A stretch of DNA of 64,000 nucleotides. Source: an uncultured Gammaproteobacteria bacterium (GTDB taxonomy: Bacteria > Pseudomonadota > Gammaproteobacteria > PS1 > Pseudothioglobaceae). The notes below the pieces were generated by a model that worked only from the letters and a program-made list of their open reading frames with translations, had not been told where the DNA came from and ran no database searches. The stretch is taken from assembly GCA_963989885.1 (NCBI GenBank), contig CAXDLF010000002.1, positions 2,433-66,432 on the forward strand, read 5' to 3'. The position numbers and the translations under genes were made by a program. Below are positions 35,327 to 45,331 of the stretch, piece after piece. Each line of letters opens with the position of its first letter. The first letter of the stretch is position 1.

Positions 35327-36643
35327 CTACGGAAAATCCTTGTTTTCTTCAAGAACGTAACGCTTAAATAGTTCACCGCGTTCATTAAAATCAACAAACA
35401 TATCAAAACTCGCACAACCAGGTGAAAGCAATATTGCTCCTTCCTTAGTAATAGCTTTTGAAGAGATGACTGCTTGCTTCATTGATTCAACAATACTTAC
35501 AGGACAACCATTAATCTGTTGAGAAAATAATGTTGCAGATTCTCCAATCAAAATGACAGCATCAATCTTTTCACTTATTAACTTAAAAAGTTTTGAATAG
35601 TCTTCTTTTTTTGCAATCCCGCCGGCAATTAAAACTATCGATTTATATCTATCTGAAAGAGCCTCAATAGCTGTAACAGTAGAAATTGCATTGGTAGATT
35701 TGGAGTTATTGAAGTAATCTACTCCACTAAGATTTGCAACCCACTCCAATCTGTGCGGTAAACCTGTAAAGGACTTTGCGACCTGTGCCATCTCCTGTAC
35801 CGATAGTCCTGCTTGTTGACCAAGCGTTAATGCTGCAAGCACATTTTCAACATTGTGTCGCCCAACCACTATCAGGTCATCACTTGTCATTAGAATATCT
35901 TTACTCTGGTATAGGGTATAGACACTACCAACTTTCTTGGCACTGAATTCACAACTTTGAGTGATCTCTCCAATCGCGTAGTGACTATCACCCTTGATAC
36001 CTTTAACCAAGGATTCATTAAGGTTAACAACCGAATACTGGCAGTATTCATAAAGTTTCAATTTAGAAGCAATATAGATATCATAATTTGGATATCTATC
36101 TAGATGGTCCGGAGTGATATTGGTCACTACCCCAGTTAATAAATTAAGACTGTTTGTATAATCAAGCTGGTAACTAGACATTTCAACAACGTATAGCTCA
36201 GCTTCGTCGCTCAAACTCTCCATAACTGGTTTTCCAATGTTGCCGCAAATGACAGCATTTTTCCCACTACCTATGGCCATTTCTCCCAGTAATTGAGTCA
36301 CTGTAGATTTACCGTTAGAGCCCGTTATGCCAACAATTGGCGCCTTTGTGTATCGGCCAAAAAGCTCAATATCACTGATAACGGGGATTTTTCGCTGTCG
36401 CGCCCAAACAACAATTGATTCCGTTTCCGCAATTCCAGGACTGATGACAACTTCGCTGATATCGTCAAGCAATGATTCTTTCCATTCACCAAGATGACAA
36501 TCTGAGAGTAGGTTTTCTTGTTTACATGTTTCTTGCATTGGTGGAGACAAACGGGAATCCGCAATACGGTAGTCAATATTATTTGATGAAAAGAAACGCG
36601 CAACCGACAAACCGGTCAGCCCCATACCCAAAATAAGTTTCAT
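35327..36643 (-). CDS. murD: UDP-N-acetylmuramoylalanine--D-glutamate ligase
   Basis: GMGLTGLSVARF N-terminus and Mur ligase P-loop GITGSNGKSTV. Length 438 aa. Confidence 0.9.
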   Translation of the reverse strand: MKLILGMGLTGLSVARFFSSNNIDYRIADSRLSPPMQETCKQENLLSDCHLGEWKESLLDDISEVVISPGIAETESIVVWARQRKIPVISDIELFGRYTKAPIVGITGSNGKSTVTQLLGEMAIGSGKNAVICGNIGKPVMESLSDEAELYVVEMSSYQLDYTNSLNLLTGVVTNITPDHLDRYPNYDIYIASKLKLYEYCQYSVVNLNESLVKGIKGDSHYAIGEITQSCEFSAKKVGSVYTLYQSKDILMTSDDLIVVGRHNVENVLAALTLGQQAGLSVQEMAQVAKSFTGLPHRLEWVANLSGVDYFNNSKSTNAISTVTAIEALSDRYKSIVLIAGGIAKKEDYSKLFKLISEKIDAVILIGESATLFSQQINGCPVSIVESMKQAVISSKAITKEGAILLSPGCASFDMFVDFNERGELFKRYVLEENKDFP

Positions 36644-36705
36644 GAAACCCTTGTATTTTCAGTCAAAATTGACTATATTTTACACTTTTACTTAACTTTA
36701 AGATT

Positions 36706-37365
36706 ATGCGTACAAACGTTCAAACAACAACAAATACGATTGTTATAAATCGTACATTGAGAAACACCTATCAGCTACTTTCAGCAACACTACTTTTTAG
36801 TGGCTTGATGGCGTTCTTATCAATGTCTCTTAATTTCCCTTACTTAGGGATATGGATTACCTTGGGCGGCTATTTTGGTCTCTTATTCTTGGTGGCAAAA
36901 CTGAGGAATTCAGCGGCTGGAATATTTGCGGTTTTTGCCCTAACCGGATTTATGGGCTTAACCTTGGGTCCCATTATTGGAATCTATACGACAGCTTTTT
37001 CGAATGGCACCGAGTTGGTCGCAATGGCGATGACCGGAACTGCCACTATCTTTTTGTCACTGTCTTTCTATGCTCTTTATTCGCAGAAAGATTTTAGCTT
37101 TATGTCTGGCTTTTTGACTGCAGGCATCTTGGTTGCATTTTTGGCAGGTCTTGCTGCTTACTTTTTCCAGATACCAACTTTGGCGTTGACAGTATCTGCA
37201 GCATTTATTCTGTTAATGAGTGGTTTGATATTGTTCGAAACAAGCAATATCATTCGTGGCGGAGAAACGAATTACATCATGGCAACCGTGACCCTATATG
37301 TTTCCATTTACAACTTGTTCCTAAGCCTGATTCACCTTTTGGGTGTTTTTTCAGGCGATGACTAG
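36706..37365 (+). CDS. yccA: BAX inhibitor-1/YccA family membrane protein
   Basis: 219 aa with seven hydrophobic helices. N-terminus RNTYQLLSATLLFSG and C-terminal YVSIYNLFLSLIHLLG are typical of BI-1/YccA. Confidence 0.85.
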   Translation: MRTNVQTTTNTIVINRTLRNTYQLLSATLLFSGLMAFLSMSLNFPYLGIWITLGGYFGLLFLVAKLRNSAAGIFAVFALTGFMGLTLGPIIGIYTTAFSNGTELVAMAMTGTATIFLSLSFYALYSQKDFSFMSGFLTAGILVAFLAGLAAYFFQIPTLALTVSAAFILLMSGLILFETSNIIRGGETNYIMATVTLYVSIYNLFLSLIHLLGVFSGDD

Positions 37366-37898
37366 TGATAGATAGTGAAGGTTATCGAGCTAATATTGGC
37401 ATTGTAATTACAAACGAAAAAAAACAAATCCTCTTAGCAAAGCGATACAGACAAGATGCTTGGCAGCTTCCTCAAGGTGGTATCGACAAGGGTGAAACTG
37501 AATTAGAAGCTCTCTATAGAGAGCTTGAGGAGGAGGTTGGGCTTGCACCAGAACAGGTCAGTCTGGTTGCTAAAACCCCAAAATGGCTGCGCTACGAATT
37601 ACCCATGGAGCATATAAGACGTAAACAAAAACCGACCTGTATTGGTCAAAAACAGGTTTGGTATTTGTTAAAGCTAGTTTCTAGCGAAACCGATATTTCC
37701 CTTAATTTGCACAATAAGGTGGAATTCGATGATTGGAAATGGGTTGATTACTGGGCTCCTGTTGATGAGGTAATCAATTTTAAAAAAGAGGTTTATGAAG
37801 ACATGCTCAAAGCTTTGGCACCTGTTCTTTTTGAGAATGAACATAGCATTCCATCAAAACTCTCACGCCCTTTGCAGTTCAGTGCAATCAAACTATAA
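37365..37898 (+). CDS. rppH: RNA pyrophosphohydrolase (Nudix)
   Basis: GYRANIGIVI N-terminus and Nudix box GGIDKGETELEALYRELEEEVGL. The GTG start overlaps the yccA TAG by 1 nt. Confidence 0.9.
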   Translation: MIDSEGYRANIGIVITNEKKQILLAKRYRQDAWQLPQGGIDKGETELEALYRELEEEVGLAPEQVSLVAKTPKWLRYELPMEHIRRKQKPTCIGQKQVWYLLKLVSSETDISLNLHNKVEFDDWKWVDYWAPVDEVINFKKEVYEDMLKALAPVLFENEHSIPSKLSRPLQFSAIKL

Positions 37899-38053
37899 TT
37901 GAGATTGACTCCTTTTATTCATCTCTACTGCTGTCAAAATGTGGACTTTTATGAGAGTTGTCTCTTCAGGGAGGTTTTCTTTGAAAATACCCGTTATGAA
38001 ATCAACAATAAAGTGTAACCTTTGTTTTATTTTTTAGTTTCCAAACTGGCCAA

Positions 38054-39256
38054 ATGTACGACTACATAGTTATTGGTGGCGGAATTATAGGGGTTTCAAC
38101 CGCACTATCGCTCATTACCCAAAACCCCGATAAACGCATTCTTTTATTGGAGAAAGAAAACGCCTTTGGTGATCACCAGACAGGCCATAACTCTGGTGTC
38201 ATGCATGCCGGAGTCTACTATCAACCAGGCAGCCTAAAGGCTAAGTTTTGCAAGGAAGGTTTAAAGGAAACTATCAAATTTTGTTCAACTCATCAGATTC
38301 CCTATAATCAATGCGGTAAGTTAATAGTCGCCACCTCTGATGAAGAATTACCACGTATGCATGACTTGTATGAGCGCTGTAAAGAAAATGAAATTGAAGC
38401 TGAAATTTTAGACCAACAGCAGCTTCTCGAAACTGAACCCAATATTCAAGGAGTCGGCGCTATCTTAGTGAAATCATCTGGCATTGTCAGTTATCGAACT
38501 GTTACCGAAAAAATGGCCGAGCAATATGAAGCATTGGGTGGAGAGTACCTTCTTGATACTGAAATAATTAACCTTAAGGAAGACTTAGACGAGATTAAAG
38601 TTTTCTCTAAAAATGAAACCTTTGTTTCAAAGTATTTAATCTGCTGTGCTGGCTTAATGGCAGACAGAATGGCCAACTTACTTGATATTAAAAAAAACTT
38701 TCAAATCATTCCATTTCGTGGTGAATACTTTAAATTACCAGAGAAATACAATACACTAGTCAAACACTTAATCTATCCTATACCAAATCCTAAATTACCT
38801 TTCCTGGGGATACATTTGACTCGCATGATTGACGGTAGCATTACTGTTGGGCCAAATGCCGTTATTGGATTTAAACGAGAAGGATATGGTTTTGTCAATT
38901 TCAGCTTTAAGGATACCTTTGAAATGTTCACTTTTAAAGGTTTTGGAGGAGTTCTTAAGAATCATTTTAGGTCTGGAATGAAGGAAATGCTGAACTCTTT
39001 TTACAAACGTGGCTATTTGAAACAAGTTCAAAAATATGCTTTCTCAATTACCCTCAGAGATCTTCAACCATACCCTGCTGGAGTCCGTGCAATGGCAGTT
39101 TCAAAAGATGGGTCATTGATTGACGATTTCCTGTTTGAGGAGACAAGGCGCTCTATCCATGTTTGTAACGCACCCTCCCCAGCTGCAACCTCAGCCATAC
39201 CTATTGGTAGATATGTCACTGAAAAAGCACAAACGGCATTCAATAAGCTAGACTAG
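38054..39256 (+). CDS. lhgO: L-2-hydroxyglutarate oxidase
   Basis: Collinear by eye with E. coli LhgO/YgaF (YDYIVIGGGIIGVSTA; HQTGHNSGVMHAGVYY; FRGEYFKLP; CNAPSPAATSAIPIG). Confidence 0.85.
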   Translation: MYDYIVIGGGIIGVSTALSLITQNPDKRILLLEKENAFGDHQTGHNSGVMHAGVYYQPGSLKAKFCKEGLKETIKFCSTHQIPYNQCGKLIVATSDEELPRMHDLYERCKENEIEAEILDQQQLLETEPNIQGVGAILVKSSGIVSYRTVTEKMAEQYEALGGEYLLDTEIINLKEDLDEIKVFSKNETFVSKYLICCAGLMADRMANLLDIKKNFQIIPFRGEYFKLPEKYNTLVKHLIYPIPNPKLPFLGIHLTRMIDGSITVGPNAVIGFKREGYGFVNFSFKDTFEMFTFKGFGGVLKNHFRSGMKEMLNSFYKRGYLKQVQKYAFSITLRDLQPYPAGVRAMAVSKDGSLIDDFLFEETRRSIHVCNAPSPAATSAIPIGRYVTEKAQTAFNKLD

Positions 39257-39975
39257 TTCAAGAAAAAACGTCGAATAGTCTCGGCGAAGTGTTTCGACTC
39301 AACTCGACTAGGATTTTCTTCAAGACCATATATAGCCTTGTCAACAACCTCTTGTGGAATATAACCTCCCTCATCTTCACTTCGAAAATTTAGAAGGTCT
39401 TTCGTAAAATCAACCAAAAATTCAGGATGTGCCTGCATAGTTAAAACCTTATCTTTGATAAAAAAGCCCGCACACTTACAAAAATCAGACTGAGCATAAA
39501 CGACAGCCCCTTGAGGAGGCCTAATCACTTGGTCTTGATGACAAATATTTAAGGTGATTTTTTCAGCTAAATTACCCATATAATCAGTTTTATTGTCAAT
39601 TTGATAGGTGTGTAAACCTAGGCCCCAACCTTTCTTTGATTTTTCAACATCTCCTCCTAATGCTTGGGCAATTATTTGATGACCAAAACACACACCCAGA
39701 AGAGGCTTACCTGCATCATAAATATCATTAATTAACTTACTGAGGCGTTTAATCCAAGAAAGTTCTTCGTATACACCATGCTTAGATCCGGTAATAATCC
39801 AACCATCACACTCGAGATGGTCTTTAGGAAATTCGTTATCCAAAATTTCAAATGTTTTAAATTCAAATAATTTCTCCTCAGAATTAATTAGAGCTATCAA
39901 CATTTCAGCATAAGTGCCATACTGGACAGCTAATTCCTCATGATTTTTTCCAGTTTGAAGAATTCCTATTATCAT
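39253..39975 (-). CDS. Class I glutamine amidotransferase-like protein (paralogue of 27377..28096; candidate gamma-glutamyl-GABA hydrolase function)
   Basis: GVCFGHQ nucleophile elbow and His-Glu in MQAHPEF. Length 240 aa. Its stop overlaps the lhgO stop (shared CTAG). Confidence 0.75.
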   Translation of the reverse strand: MIIGILQTGKNHEELAVQYGTYAEMLIALINSEEKLFEFKTFEILDNEFPKDHLECDGWIITGSKHGVYEELSWIKRLSKLINDIYDAGKPLLGVCFGHQIIAQALGGDVEKSKKGWGLGLHTYQIDNKTDYMGNLAEKITLNICHQDQVIRPPQGAVVYAQSDFCKCAGFFIKDKVLTMQAHPEFLVDFTKDLLNFRSEDEGGYIPQEVVDKAIYGLEENPSRVESKHFAETIRRFFLN

Positions 39976-40018
39976 TATATTATTTTGAATTGAAATTATC
40001 TAAAGTAGCCTTAGACTG

Positions 40019-40981
40019 TTACATATCACTCATTTTCTGCTTTGCACGAAGAACCAAATAGTCATGAGCTATAGTTGCTGCAGCAATAGCTGTGATTTCG
40101 GAATGGTCATAGGCAGGAGCTACCTCAACAACATCTGCTCCGATAAAATTTAAACCATCTAGCCCTCTGATAATCGATAGAGCTTGTGCGGAAGTTAGAC
40201 CTCCAGCCACTGGTGTGCCAGTTCCTGGAGCATATGCAGGGTCAAGGCCGTCTATATCGAAAGTTAGATATGCTGGTCGATCTTTAACGACTGCAATTAT
40301 TTTTTTAATAACCTTATCAACACCATTCTTATGAACCCACGGGGCGTCAAGAATAGTGACACCCTTGGTGTTGCTATTATGCGTTCTGATACCAACCTGA
40401 ATAGAATGCTTAGTATCAATCAGATCTTCTTTTATAGCTCTAGAAAACATAGTTCCATGGTCTAACCGACCATCTTCATCAGGCCAGGTATCTGTATGTG
40501 CATCAAAATGTACAAGTGCTATCGGTCCGAACTTTTCAGCGTGAGCACGTAAAAGAGGGTAAGTAATAAAATGGTCGCCACCAAAAGTCAGCATCTCGGC
40601 TCCAGAATCCAAAATAGTCCTAGCATGTGCTTCAATCTGAGAAACGACATTATTATGAAACCCGTAATCCAGTTCACAGTCGCCGTAATCAGTAACCGCC
40701 AAAGTCTTGAAAGGGTCGATACCGTCAGGATACGCCAATAACTCAGCAAGTTGGACAGAAGCCTCTCTTATCGCTTTAGGCCCAAATCTTGCGCCGGGAC
40801 GGAAGCTCGTTGCAGCATCGAATGGAATACCACTAACAACAATATCAACACCCTCTAATGCTTTGGTATATTTGCGCCTTAAAAAACTAAGAGCGCCGCC
40901 ATAGGTCATCTCTCCATCTCTACCATAGAGAGTGTTTTTAGTAAACGCCTGGTCTGTAGTTACATCTTTAAAATCGCTCAT
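40019..40981 (-). CDS. speB: Agmatinase / guanidino-acid ureohydrolase (arginase family)
   Basis: Mn-binding motifs GGDHFITYP, HFDAHTDT and LTFDIDGLDPAYAPGTGTP. Length 320 aa. Substrate specificity within the family is not resolvable by eye. Confidence 0.8.
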   Translation of the reverse strand: MSDFKDVTTDQAFTKNTLYGRDGEMTYGGALSFLRRKYTKALEGVDIVVSGIPFDAATSFRPGARFGPKAIREASVQLAELLAYPDGIDPFKTLAVTDYGDCELDYGFHNNVVSQIEAHARTILDSGAEMLTFGGDHFITYPLLRAHAEKFGPIALVHFDAHTDTWPDEDGRLDHGTMFSRAIKEDLIDTKHSIQVGIRTHNSNTKGVTILDAPWVHKNGVDKVIKKIIAVVKDRPAYLTFDIDGLDPAYAPGTGTPVAGGLTSAQALSIIRGLDGLNFIGADVVEVAPAYDHSEITAIAAATIAHDYLVLRAKQKMSDM

Positions 40982-41052
40982 TAACTTCGTTCTTTGTCAT
41001 ATAAATTTTGCTGATAAGAGTCTTCATTATATTAGATTTTCTTAGCCATTCA

Positions 41053-42321
41053 CTAAAGGCGGTCAAGCATAGCGTGATAAAACATTCCAACCCTCATAGT
41101 AGGATTTCTTAGAAACCTGCCACCAGGAAAGCTTCTCATTGGAATATTGGCCATTGTGTCAAATATCTCTCCATCACCAGTAATCTTTTCTGCAATTACC
41201 TTACCAGCATAGCTTGCTAATGCCACTCCCTGTCCTGAATAGCCTTGCGCACTCAACACCTTTCCTTGATTCATTTCCTTATAGAACGGTAACCTATTCA
41301 TCGTTAATGCGAGCTTACCACCCCAAGCATAGTCAATCTTAACACCCCTCAAGAATGGATAAATCTTTTCAAGTGGTTTTATAACGATAGGAATAATATT
41401 TTTACTAAGTTCTTGTGAGTAATTTTCACCACCACCAAAAAGTAGACGCTTATCGGCACTCAATCGAAAATAATTGATAACGAACCTTGAATCGGCAAAA
41501 GCGATATCTCTTGGATTAATCTTTGCAACAGTTTCATTATCCAGAGGTTTGGTGGCAACTATATAGTTATTCATTGGTAATAATTTCGAATTTAAACGTT
41601 TCTCAAGATTGCCCAAATAGCCGTTACACGCAAGCACCACTCGTTCAGCTTTAACGGAACCTGATTTGGTATTCACTTTAACATGACCGTTAGACAAATC
41701 ATAACTCGATACGGTACTATTTTCATACATCTTTGCATTTGCCGATAGTGCCGCCTGTGCAATACCTAGAGCGTAATTAAGCGGGTGACAGTGCGCCTCA
41801 CCTTTGTCATAACTGCCACCGAAATAGGTCTCGGAACCAGTTGCCTCTTTCATCTCATCGTCATTCAGATACTCAATATCATGGTAATCGTAATTCTGGT
41901 TCAAATGTTCGACATAGCGTCGAGAATCTTCACAAAATTTTTGCTTGTGATTGGGGTGTGCGATACCCTTTTTATAGTCACACTGAATTTCATATTCATC
42001 CATTAAGTGCTTGGCATGATATTTGGCTTTCTCGCCTATATCCCACAAAACACGTGCATATTCTTTGCCTAGAGCTTTTTCTATATAAAACTGATCTCTT
42101 CGCATCCCTCCAGACACTTGACCTCCGTTAGCACCTGATGCCCCGGATGCCAACTTATTTGCTTCGAGTAGTACAACATTTAGACCCTCTTTTGCCAAAT
42201 AAAGAGCGCTCGATAGGCCAGTATAGCCACCACCAACAATACAGATGTCTGCTTCAATGTCTCCTGACAGTTGAGGCTGACTTATTTCTAGATTGCGACT
42301 GGCTTGGTAATAAGATTGCAC
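41053..42321 (-). CDS. puuB: FAD-dependent oxidoreductase, gamma-glutamylputrescine oxidase-like
   Basis: Dinucleotide fold DICIVGGGYTGLSSALYLA and DAO-family length (422 aa). It sits inside a puu/spu-type cluster. Confidence 0.75.
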   Translation of the reverse strand: MQSYYQASRNLEISQPQLSGDIEADICIVGGGYTGLSSALYLAKEGLNVVLLEANKLASGASGANGGQVSGGMRRDQFYIEKALGKEYARVLWDIGEKAKYHAKHLMDEYEIQCDYKKGIAHPNHKQKFCEDSRRYVEHLNQNYDYHDIEYLNDDEMKEATGSETYFGGSYDKGEAHCHPLNYALGIAQAALSANAKMYENSTVSSYDLSNGHVKVNTKSGSVKAERVVLACNGYLGNLEKRLNSKLLPMNNYIVATKPLDNETVAKINPRDIAFADSRFVINYFRLSADKRLLFGGGENYSQELSKNIIPIVIKPLEKIYPFLRGVKIDYAWGGKLALTMNRLPFYKEMNQGKVLSAQGYSGQGVALASYAGKVIAEKITGDGEIFDTMANIPMRSFPGGRFLRNPTMRVGMFYHAMLDRL

Positions 42322-42334
42322 GCGAAGGATTAAA

Positions 42335-43714
42335 CTACTTTGTGGATTGAGCAGTCAAGTCAAGACACTTCCATACCTTTTCAATAATTTCATCTATATG
42401 CTCGTTGGAACAGATTAATGGCGGTGCAATAACCATCTTGTTGACTATTGCTCTCATGACTAAACCAGTGTCATAGCAATAGTCTCGACACCTTGTGACA
42501 ACCTCTTTACTATTTTCGAAACGCTTATATTTGTTTTTATCTTCGACTATCTCCAAGGATGCAAGCATTCCAAGACAACGAGCCTCGCCCACTAATGGAT
42601 GCTCATCCAATACTTTCCACTTACTGGCTAGATAAGGAGCCGTTTGACTCTGTACTTGGTGCAAAATATTTGTTTCTTTCATCAATTCGAGATTGGCAAT
42701 TCCTGCAGCCATACAGGTTGGATGACCGGAATAAGTATAACCGTGAGCAAATTCTTGTCCTGCGGAGACTATAACATCCACTATATCATCACGCACAATG
42801 ACTCCACCTACAGGAAGATATCCTGAAGTCACCGCTTTTGCAAAAAGCATCAGGTCTGGCTCAATATCATAATAATCAGTCCCGAACCACTCACCTGTCC
42901 TTCCAAATCCACAAATGACTTCATCAGCGACCAATAGAATGTTGCGTTCTTGACAAATTCGGCTGATTTCCGGCCAATAGGTTTTTGGCGGGATAATAAC
43001 GCCACCTGCACCCTGTACAGGTTCGGCTATAAATGCTGCAACTCTATCCTCACCCAGTTCATCAATTTTATTTGCCAGACTCTGTGCAGCCTTTCTTCCA
43101 AACTCATCAGCATCAATCTTCTCTCCAGCTTCAACGCATGCTTCAAAATAGTAAGGCTGATCTACATGTTCAATGTCAGGTATAGGAAGTCCTCCCTGAG
43201 CGTGCATGGTGCTCATACCACCCAGACTAGCTCCGGCCATGGTCGAACCATGATAAGCATTTTTTCGACTTATGATGACTGACTTAGTCGGCTTACCTTT
43301 AGCTGCCCAGTAATGCCTTACAAGCCTAATCATCGTGTCATTTGCCTCAGAACCTGAACCTGTAAAATAGATCTTATTCAATCCTTCAGGAGTTAAATCT
43401 GTAATCATTTCAGATAACTTGATAGCTGAAGGGTGGCTTGTACCAAAAAAATTATTATAGTAAACAAGCTCTTTCATCTGATGATTGACTGCGTTGATAA
43501 TTGATTGCTGACCATAACCCATATTAACGCACCATAACCCTGACATACTATCTAGTATTTGATGACCATCACTATCATAAATATAAACACCATCTGCACG
43601 AGTAATAATGTGTGTAGCTGATGGGTTCTTTGTGTAGGCGAAATCGCTAAATGATTGCATGTGATGTTGTGCATTGCGATTTTGAAGGTTTAAAGTGGTG
43701 TCAGTCATAATCAT
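42335..43714 (-). CDS. spuC: Class III PLP aminotransferase, putrescine/polyamine:pyruvate aminotransferase-like
   Basis: Collinear by eye with P. aeruginosa SpuC (GLWCVNMGYG; FTGSGSEANDTMIRLVRHYW; DEVICGFGRTGEWFG). Confidence 0.85.
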   Translation of the reverse strand: MIMTDTTLNLQNRNAQHHMQSFSDFAYTKNPSATHIITRADGVYIYDSDGHQILDSMSGLWCVNMGYGQQSIINAVNHQMKELVYYNNFFGTSHPSAIKLSEMITDLTPEGLNKIYFTGSGSEANDTMIRLVRHYWAAKGKPTKSVIISRKNAYHGSTMAGASLGGMSTMHAQGGLPIPDIEHVDQPYYFEACVEAGEKIDADEFGRKAAQSLANKIDELGEDRVAAFIAEPVQGAGGVIIPPKTYWPEISRICQERNILLVADEVICGFGRTGEWFGTDYYDIEPDLMLFAKAVTSGYLPVGGVIVRDDIVDVIVSAGQEFAHGYTYSGHPTCMAAGIANLELMKETNILHQVQSQTAPYLASKWKVLDEHPLVGEARCLGMLASLEIVEDKNKYKRFENSKEVVTRCRDYCYDTGLVMRAIVNKMVIAPPLICSNEHIDEIIEKVWKCLDLTAQSTK

Positions 43715-43892
43715 TCCTTATATAAACAAATATAAATAAAATCTTTAACGAACTAGATTGCCAAAAGCAATTAAGTGATATAGTGTAATCCATTTTTGCT
43801 TTTTGACAATAATTAATTTAATATTATCCGTTCAAGATTTTAATACTGTTTAGTAATAACAATCAAAATAAATGATTAGTGAAAGTTAATCT

Positions 43893-45251
43893 ATGAAAAA
43901 CATTGCAAAAAAATTTCTAGATTCACATCCAGATTTGGAAAAAATTGAGTTTATATTTGTAGACTTTAACGGCATACCAAGAGGAAAAAACGCCTCACCA
44001 AAAACTCTAATAAAAGCATTTGATGGTGGTCTTAGGATGCCTATTTCAAGCTTTGTTCTGGATATTTGGGGCGATAATCCTAAGGGAACTGGATTGATTA
44101 TGACAGGTGATGGTGATGCAATATGTAGACCCGTTGCAAACTCCCTTGCAGTAACGCCATGGAATTCCCGCAACACAGCTCAATGCTTGGTGAGTATGGA
44201 GGATGGTGATGGTAAAGCTATTTTCGCCGATCCAAGACATATACTCAGCAACGTTTTGGACCGTTTTACTAAGTTAGGTCTTAGACCAGTTATAGCTCCG
44301 GAGATGGAGTTTTATCTTGTCGACAATAAGCTTCAAGCCAATGGTCACCCTCAAACTCCATTAATTCCTGGAACCCATAGACGTTACCAGGATGTTCAAT
44401 TACTCAACTTAAGCGAAATGGATGATTTTGAAGGTTTCTTTACTCTCGTTGAAAAGAGTGCTCATTCGCTAAGAATTCCTGCAGAAACTGCAATCAAGGA
44501 ATGTGCTCCTGGGCAATTTGAGATCAACCTACTACACCATGATGACGCTCTATTGATGGCTGACCAAACTTTTTTACTAAAACGCCTAATCAAAAATTGC
44601 GCCAGACAATTTAATATGAATGCCACCTTTATGGCGAAACCATTTTCTGATGAAGCTGGAAACGGTATGCATGTTCATCTAAGTGTTGTCGATAAAGATG
44701 GCAATAATTTGTTTACTATGGATAAGAATAAACAACCTCAGGGTCTCTTTTCAAATGCTATTGCAGGTCTTCTGAAAACGACTCCTGACTTTCTATCTTT
44801 TTACGCCCCTCACTCAAACTCCTATAGACGTCTAGTTCATAACGCTGATCACGCACCAACAACTTTAAGTTGGGGTAATGAGAATAGAACCGCTCTAATA
44901 AGGCTACCAGAAGCTTCCGCTGAAGCGACTAGACTGGAGTTTCGTGTCGCTAGTGCTGACTCCAATCCCTATTTAGTATTTGCATCAGTGCTTGCGAGCG
45001 TGTATGCTGGCATACAGGGTAAACTTCGACATGATAAAGAAACTATCGGTAATGCCCATGCACAACACCCGCCATCATTAGGTGTTACATGGAGGGAAGC
45101 TGTGGAGAAAACAAGTGTATCATCATTAGTAAAGGATTTTTTTGGAGAACAGTTTCAACAATGCTATAAATGCGTTAAAGAATCGGAAATAAAGAGATTT
45201 GAATCAACAATAACAGATTTTGAATACCACTCTTATTTGAGGTGTCTTTGA
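43893..45251 (+). CDS. puuA: Gamma-glutamylputrescine (polyamine) synthetase, GS-like
   Basis: GS motifs GNGMHVHLS, NSYRRL and RLEFRVASADSNPY. Length 452 aa. It is divergent from spuC. Confidence 0.85.
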   Translation: MKNIAKKFLDSHPDLEKIEFIFVDFNGIPRGKNASPKTLIKAFDGGLRMPISSFVLDIWGDNPKGTGLIMTGDGDAICRPVANSLAVTPWNSRNTAQCLVSMEDGDGKAIFADPRHILSNVLDRFTKLGLRPVIAPEMEFYLVDNKLQANGHPQTPLIPGTHRRYQDVQLLNLSEMDDFEGFFTLVEKSAHSLRIPAETAIKECAPGQFEINLLHHDDALLMADQTFLLKRLIKNCARQFNMNATFMAKPFSDEAGNGMHVHLSVVDKDGNNLFTMDKNKQPQGLFSNAIAGLLKTTPDFLSFYAPHSNSYRRLVHNADHAPTTLSWGNENRTALIRLPEASAEATRLEFRVASADSNPYLVFASVLASVYAGIQGKLRHDKETIGNAHAQHPPSLGVTWREAVEKTSVSSLVKDFFGEQFQQCYKCVKESEIKRFESTITDFEYHSYLRCL

Positions 45252-45331
45252 TGACGACATCTGGATTGTGGTTACAAAAGAGTCTTTTAATTAGCAATAA
45301 TTAAAAGTTTGATTAATAAAGGAGAGAAACA

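Noticed and set aside
36661-36674. Inverted repeat AGTCAA-AA-TTGACT between murD and yccA.
   Set aside because: It has 6-nt arms only. Both arms read as -35-like TTGACT hexamers for the two divergent genes, which explains it adequately. There is no second copy elsewhere in the window.
39253-39975. Assigning the symbol puuD to the GATase in the polyamine cluster.
   Set aside because: Its nucleophile elbow (GVCFGHQ) and overall pattern look like GuaA-type stand-alone GATases rather than the peptidase-C26 PuuD type. The function is inferred from context only.
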